Assembly (NCBI GenBank): GCA_046292385.1
Contig: JBKBRF010000035.1
Location: 13,500-77,499 of the forward strand
Direction: 5' to 3'
From: Armatimonadota bacterium
GTDB lineage: Bacteria > Armatimonadota > SYMT01
Length of the DNA stretch: 64,000 nucleotides
The position numbers were made by a program, and so were the translations under genes. This document shows positions 59,601-64,000 of the stretch, in pieces. The stretch's first letter is position 1; every line of letters begins with the position of its first letter. Below the pieces are notes generated by a model that searched no databases, had not been told where the DNA came from, and saw only the letters and a list, made by a program, of their open reading frames with translations.

Positions 59601-59768
59601 AGCCGGTTCGCATCGGCTCTTAACCCCGGCTTAAATCCTCGCGGCGCACCGGGTGCCGCCGGCGAATCCGGGCTATGGAATGTAAAGGTTCGCCTCCACT
59701 CCGGCTAGAATAGGCGGGATGGAACTCCTGATCTCGCAGATGATCACTTCCGCCTCACCTCATCGGCC

Positions 59769-61571
59769 ATGAGCTCCTTTCGCGCGCTGGCGGTCTGGAA
59801 CGCCTTCCTGGCCACGGCGCTGCCGCTCCTCGCCTTTGGGGCTTTCCTGCTCTGGGACCAGCAGCAGTCCGCGCTCTCCGCGCTCGACCGCTCGCTCTAC
59901 GTGGCGACGACGACCGCCGCCACGCTGCTGGAGCAGGTGCCCTCGGAGCGGCTGCAGGCGGAGATCGAGCCGCTCCGTGCGACCCTGGGGCTGCGCCTCT
60001 CCGTCATCGCGCCGGACGGCCGGGTACTCGCCGACACCGACGCCGACCTCCGGACGCTGGAGAATCACGCCGATCGGCCGGAGGTTCAGGACGCGCTCCG
60101 AACCGGGACGGGCACTGCCCGGCGGGTCAGCGACAGTGTCGACACGGAGCTGCGCTACCTCGCACGGGTGTCGGGGGAGGGGCCGTACCGCCGCATCTAC
60201 CGCGCCGCCGCCCCGATGTCGCCCGCCATCGCTCGCATCCGCCGCACACAGGTGGCACTGGGACTGCTCGTGGTGGTCGTCATCGTGGTGACGCTGGCGC
60301 TCTCGTCCCGCCTCAGCCGGGTCGTCGTCGCGCCGGTCGAAGCGCTCTCGGATGCTGCCGCGCGCTTTGCCGGGGGCGATACCTCCGCCCGCGTGATCCC
60401 GGACGGGCCGGAATCGATCGCCCGTCTCGGCGGCACCTTTAACGAGATGGCGGAACGGATCGATAGCCAGGTCCGGAGCCTGGATGAGGCGCAGGGGTTT
60501 CTGGAGGCGATCGTCCGCCAGATGCCGGACGGCCTGCTGGTTCTCGACTCCCGCGGCGTCATCACCAGCGTCAACGCGGAAGCGGAGCGGCTGCTCGGTA
60601 TCCCGGCTGAGCGCGCGGAAGGGCGACCGCTCCTGGCGGTGTTGATGAGCTACGAGCTCGACCGCGAGGTGGGCTCGCTCCTGGAAGGCCAGCCCGCGGC
60701 GCCCGTGGAGGTCGCCACGGCCGACGGACGCTCGCTCCGTGTTTCCGCGGGGCCCCTGGTGGTGCGCGGGGCCCCGGCCGGGGCGCTGGTGATCTTTCAA
60801 GACGTCTCGGAGCTGCGGCGCGCCGACCGGATGCGGCGGGACTTCGTAGCCAACGTCAGCCACGAGCTCCGCACGCCGGTGACGGCGGTCCGCGCGATGA
60901 TCGAGACTCTGGTGCTCCGCGGCGCGCGCCGCCCGGAGCTCCTTGCCGAATATGGCGAGCGGATCGTCCAGGAGTGCGAGCGGATGGACCGCCTCGTCAG
61001 CGATCTCTTGCTGCTCGCCGAGACCGAGTCCGGACAGCTTCGCCTGCAGCCGGAGCCACTCACCGCCGCGGAAATCGTGGAAGAGATCGTGCGCCAGGTG
61101 GAGCCGGTGGCGGTAGAGACCGGGACCCGGCTGCGGGTGGAGGCGCTGCCGGATGAGCCGTTCTTCGCAGACCGGTTCGCCACCGGGCAGTGTCTCCGCA
61201 ACCTGGTGGATAACGCGATCCGCTATGCCTCCGGGGGGGAGGTCCGAATCGGCGGGCGCCTCGACGACGGGCAGGTAGTGCTCTACGTCTCGGACGACGG
61301 CCCCGGGATTCCCGCTCGCGACCTGCCGCGCATCTTCGAGCGGTTCTACCGGGTAGACAAGGCCCGCTCCCGCGAGGCCGGCGGCACGGGGTTGGGCCTC
61401 TCCATCGTCCGGCACCTCGCCGAGTCCCAGGAAGGCCGGGTCTGGGCGGAGAGCGTGGAGGGTCGGGGAAGCACCTTCTACCTTGCCCTGCCGCGAGCTG
61501 ACCGCGATTCGCACTCTGCCGGCGGGTCGCTGCGCGCGGAGACGGAATCGGCCTCCTCCTCCCCGGAGTAG
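59769..61571 (+). CDS. PhoR-like sensor histidine kinase (HAMP-PAS-HisKA-HATPase)
   Basis: LENHADRPEV, DFVANVSHELRTP, NLVDNAIRY, DDGPGI, IFERFYRVDKARSR and GGTGLGL. Confidence 0.93.
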   Translation: MSSFRALAVWNAFLATALPLLAFGAFLLWDQQQSALSALDRSLYVATTTAATLLEQVPSERLQAEIEPLRATLGLRLSVIAPDGRVLADTDADLRTLENHADRPEVQDALRTGTGTARRVSDSVDTELRYLARVSGEGPYRRIYRAAAPMSPAIARIRRTQVALGLLVVVVIVVTLALSSRLSRVVVAPVEALSDAAARFAGGDTSARVIPDGPESIARLGGTFNEMAERIDSQVRSLDEAQGFLEAIVRQMPDGLLVLDSRGVITSVNAEAERLLGIPAERAEGRPLLAVLMSYELDREVGSLLEGQPAAPVEVATADGRSLRVSAGPLVVRGAPAGALVIFQDVSELRRADRMRRDFVANVSHELRTPVTAVRAMIETLVLRGARRPELLAEYGERIVQECERMDRLVSDLLLLAETESGQLRLQPEPLTAAEIVEEIVRQVEPVAVETGTRLRVEALPDEPFFADRFATGQCLRNLVDNAIRYASGGEVRIGGRLDDGQVVLYVSDDGPGIPARDLPRIFERFYRVDKARSREAGGTGLGLSIVRHLAESQEGRVWAESVEGRGSTFYLALPRADRDSHSAGGSLRAETESASSSPE

Positions 61572-62080
61572 CGCGCCAGCAGCCAGACGGCGCTTCGCTG
61601 CAGGAACACCAGCATCGCGGTGATCGCCACGGCGAGACCGAAGATCGCGATGTTCGATTCGTTCCCTGCCTTGAACGCGAAGCTGACGGAGGTGGAGATG
61701 GCGGGCGGGTGGACGGCGTCGAGCACGATTAACAGGAAGATCGTGATCACCATCGCCGCGCCCGCCGCGGGATAGCCCGGCCCCAGCAGCGAGAAGAGCC
61801 CCCAGCCCAGCAGTGCCGCCAGCATCTGCGAGATCACCAGCGTCCGCACGCGGTTCGCGCCGTGGAGCGGGTCGAGGTAGATCAGGAACGCGCTGGAAGC
61901 GAGCGACGCGAAGAGGAGGCGCTGACGACTGAGCGTCTCCACCAGGGCGAGTACCAGCAGCACGGTGACGGTGGGAAGCAGCGCCAGCGCCAGCTCCCCG
62001 CGGAGGGTCAGGCGCCGCCGCAGCGACCGCATCCGGCGGCCGGACGGCTCCAGGCTCTGCAGCTCCGCGGATTCGTTCAT
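61478..62080 (-). CDS. HPP family membrane protein
   Basis: LFASLASSAFLIY and VHPPA; TM helices; 3' end overlaps the kinase 3' end. Confidence 0.85.
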   Translation of the reverse strand: MNESAELQSLEPSGRRMRSLRRRLTLRGELALALLPTVTVLLVLALVETLSRQRLLFASLASSAFLIYLDPLHGANRVRTLVISQMLAALLGWGLFSLLGPGYPAAGAAMVITIFLLIVLDAVHPPAISTSVSFAFKAGNESNIAIFGLAVAITAMLVFLQRSAVWLLARYSGEEEADSVSARSDPPAECESRSARGRAR

Positions 62081-62558
62081 CACCCCTTCGTTTCCCCGCT
62101 TTCGGCGGCGGTTTACACCAGCAGCCGATCTCCTGTCATCGGGGGTGTCTTCCTTCTTACCGTGGTACAGCGACTATCCCGCGGGACCGCCCCCGCGCCC
62201 TAGTCGGCCGATTCAGCCCTCCCGCGACGAAGGCCCTCCGCGGCCTTTTCACGCCCTTCGGGCTAGCAGGCCGCTCCGGGAGATCACGTCCGTCAGGCTC
62301 TTCCCGCGCCACTGCCCTGCAGAGCGGCCCAGGCCTGGTTCACGGGCTGAATCGGCCGCCGTCGAGCGACGGCCCCTGACGCCCAGGGGCCGTCACAAAG
62401 GCGTCCTCCGGCACCACCTACGGCGGTGCCTCCGAACTCCACAGGTTCCGCGGCGCGCAGCTATCCTCGCCAGAGAGATCGAATAGTTCTCCCGAGGGAA
62501 CCGCGGGGCGCGGGGCGAACCGTGCGAGGAGCGGCGTTGGCCGCTGGGAGAGCAACCG

Positions 62559-63722
62559 ATGAGAATCACTGACGTCCGCACCATTCCGGTCCGGGTTCCG
62601 CTGCGGGTCCCCGCCAAGTGGAGCGGGGGGACCCGGCTCACCGCGCCGGCGGTGCTGGTGGAGATCCGGACGGACGAGGGGCTGACCGGCCTGGGCGAGT
62701 GCGTGGGTCCCACGCTGCCGACGATCCACACCCTGGTGGAGCAGGAGTTGAAGCCGTTCCTGATCGGGTCGGACCCGATGCGCCAGGAGCTGCTGCTGCA
62801 CCAGATGGAAGAGTTCACCGTCAACTACGCTTCCATCGCCGCCTATGCGATCTCCGGGATCGACATCGCGCTCTGGGACCTGAAGGGCAAGGCGCTGAAT
62901 ACGCCCGTCGCCAACCTGCTCGGCGGCGTCTACCGCGAGACGACGAACTGGATGGGCTATCTCTTCATCGAGGAGCCGGCGGTGAACGCCGACCAGGCGC
63001 AGGCGTACGTGGATGAAGGCTACGACACGCTGAAGATCAAGGTCGGCCGCGACGTCGGGCAGGACGTGCGCCGCCTCAAGGCGATCCGCGAGCGGGTGGG
63101 GGACGACGTCCAGCTCCGCGTTGATGCCAACATGGCGTGGAGCCGGAGCACGGCGGTGCGGGCGATCAACCAGCTCGCGGAGTTCGGGATCCAGTACGTG
63201 GAGCAGCCGATCCCGTGCGGCGATCCGGAAGGCATGGCGATGGTGGCGCGCCAGGTGAGCGTGCCGCTGGCGGCCGACGAGGGAATCACCGGCATCAAGG
63301 ACGCCCTGGCGCTGGTCGAGCATCGCGCCGTGGAAGTCTTCGTCCTGTACGTCTCCGAGGCGGGCGGCCTCACTCGCGCGCGAGACATCGTCCACCTCGC
63401 GGACGCTGCAGGGATTGCGTGCGTCACCGGCACCTGGGCGGAGCTGGGGGTCGGCACCGCCGCCGCGGCGCACCTGGTCGCCTCCTCGCGCAACTTCCAG
63501 ATGGCGAACGACACGCACTACTCCATGCAGGACGACGACATCCTGACGGAGATGCTCCCCCTGAAGGGCGGCAAGATGCCGCTGCCGACCGGCCCCGGCC
63601 TGGGAGTGGAGCTGGATCCGGAGAAGGTGGAGCGGTACCACCGGTACGAGGCACGGGAAGCGGTCTTCTACGACCACGACGACCCGTCCTGGATCCCGCG
63701 GGTGGGGCAACTCCTGCGATAG
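62559..63722 (+). CDS. Mandelate racemase / muconate lactonizing enzyme family protein
   Basis: DIALWDLKGK, KIKVG, VDAN, EQP, ADE and PTGPGLG. Confidence 0.92.
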   Translation: MRITDVRTIPVRVPLRVPAKWSGGTRLTAPAVLVEIRTDEGLTGLGECVGPTLPTIHTLVEQELKPFLIGSDPMRQELLLHQMEEFTVNYASIAAYAISGIDIALWDLKGKALNTPVANLLGGVYRETTNWMGYLFIEEPAVNADQAQAYVDEGYDTLKIKVGRDVGQDVRRLKAIRERVGDDVQLRVDANMAWSRSTAVRAINQLAEFGIQYVEQPIPCGDPEGMAMVARQVSVPLAADEGITGIKDALALVEHRAVEVFVLYVSEAGGLTRARDIVHLADAAGIACVTGTWAELGVGTAAAAHLVASSRNFQMANDTHYSMQDDDILTEMLPLKGGKMPLPTGPGLGVELDPEKVERYHRYEAREAVFYDHDDPSWIPRVGQLLR

Positions 63723-63806
63723 CTCTTCGGGAACACAGAGGCTCTGTGGAGCGTGTCCAGCTTTTGGGTGAGCGCGCTCCACGGTTGCGACTTCACGGCG
63801 CAGGAA

Positions 63807-63906
63807 GGGCCGCGCAAGGATACTGTTGGCGAAATCAGCGGGGCAGGAAAATCATCGGTGGCCGACCGCTTCGGCGAGGTTCCCCTGGCGGGGAAGCGGT
63901 GGCAAG
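63807..63906 (+). repeat. Left 100 bp of the MITE-like element at 56652
   Basis: 98 of 100 nt identical to 56652-56751, then diverges abruptly. Confidence 0.9.
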
Positions 63907-64000
63907 TGTCACACGCTGTAAAGTTGGTGCGCCCCGGGGCGCAGAGTATGTTTTGCCGGCTGCAGGGCGGGTACTCGCTTTACAGCCGGAATCAGGGCCG

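Noticed and set aside
61478..61571. 94-bp convergent overlap of the kinase and HPP genes
   Set aside because: Both overlapping tails look like unconserved run-on; common in GC-rich genomes (same at 49814-49863)

Overview
GC-rich bacterial chromosomal window. The gene mix (planctomycete-type DUF1549/DUF1553 and cytochrome c-WD40 proteins, futalosine-type UbiD/UbiA, many secreted Lys/Ala/Pro-rich proteins) suggests Armatimonadota or a similar PVC-like lineage; this is inference only. Most of the window is housekeeping or metabolic: OYE oxidoreductase, rdgB, ltaE-glyA, dgt, pyrF, rnhA, cdsA, tRNA-Pro(TGG), ppaC, leuCD with a LysR regulator, gyrA, a PhoR-like kinase and an enolase-family enzyme. 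Four things stand out. (1) A 22.6-29.7 kb cluster holds two bacterial lysyl-oxidase-family genes, one with intact Cu-His/Lys/Tyr motifs and one lacking all copper histidines, next to a YtkA/FixH-like lipoprotein, a Tyr/Pro-rich secreted protein and a Lys/Ala-rich LRR protein. (2) A decayed island at 41.5-46.6 kb holds three orphan Rhs toxin-tip/immunity cassettes: an HEXXH tip with lipoprotein immunity, a hidden remnant of a homologous tip, and a frameshifted ART-like tip. An internally deleted ISAzo13 and a VirD4/TraG fragment follow. (3) An unannotated rod-like structured RNA candidate lies at 11328-11501. (4) Several small non-coding repeat families occur, including a 260-bp MITE-like element with 30-bp perfect inverted repeats. 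No CRISPR array or rRNA is seen. All calls come from reading motifs by eye; no database search was run.
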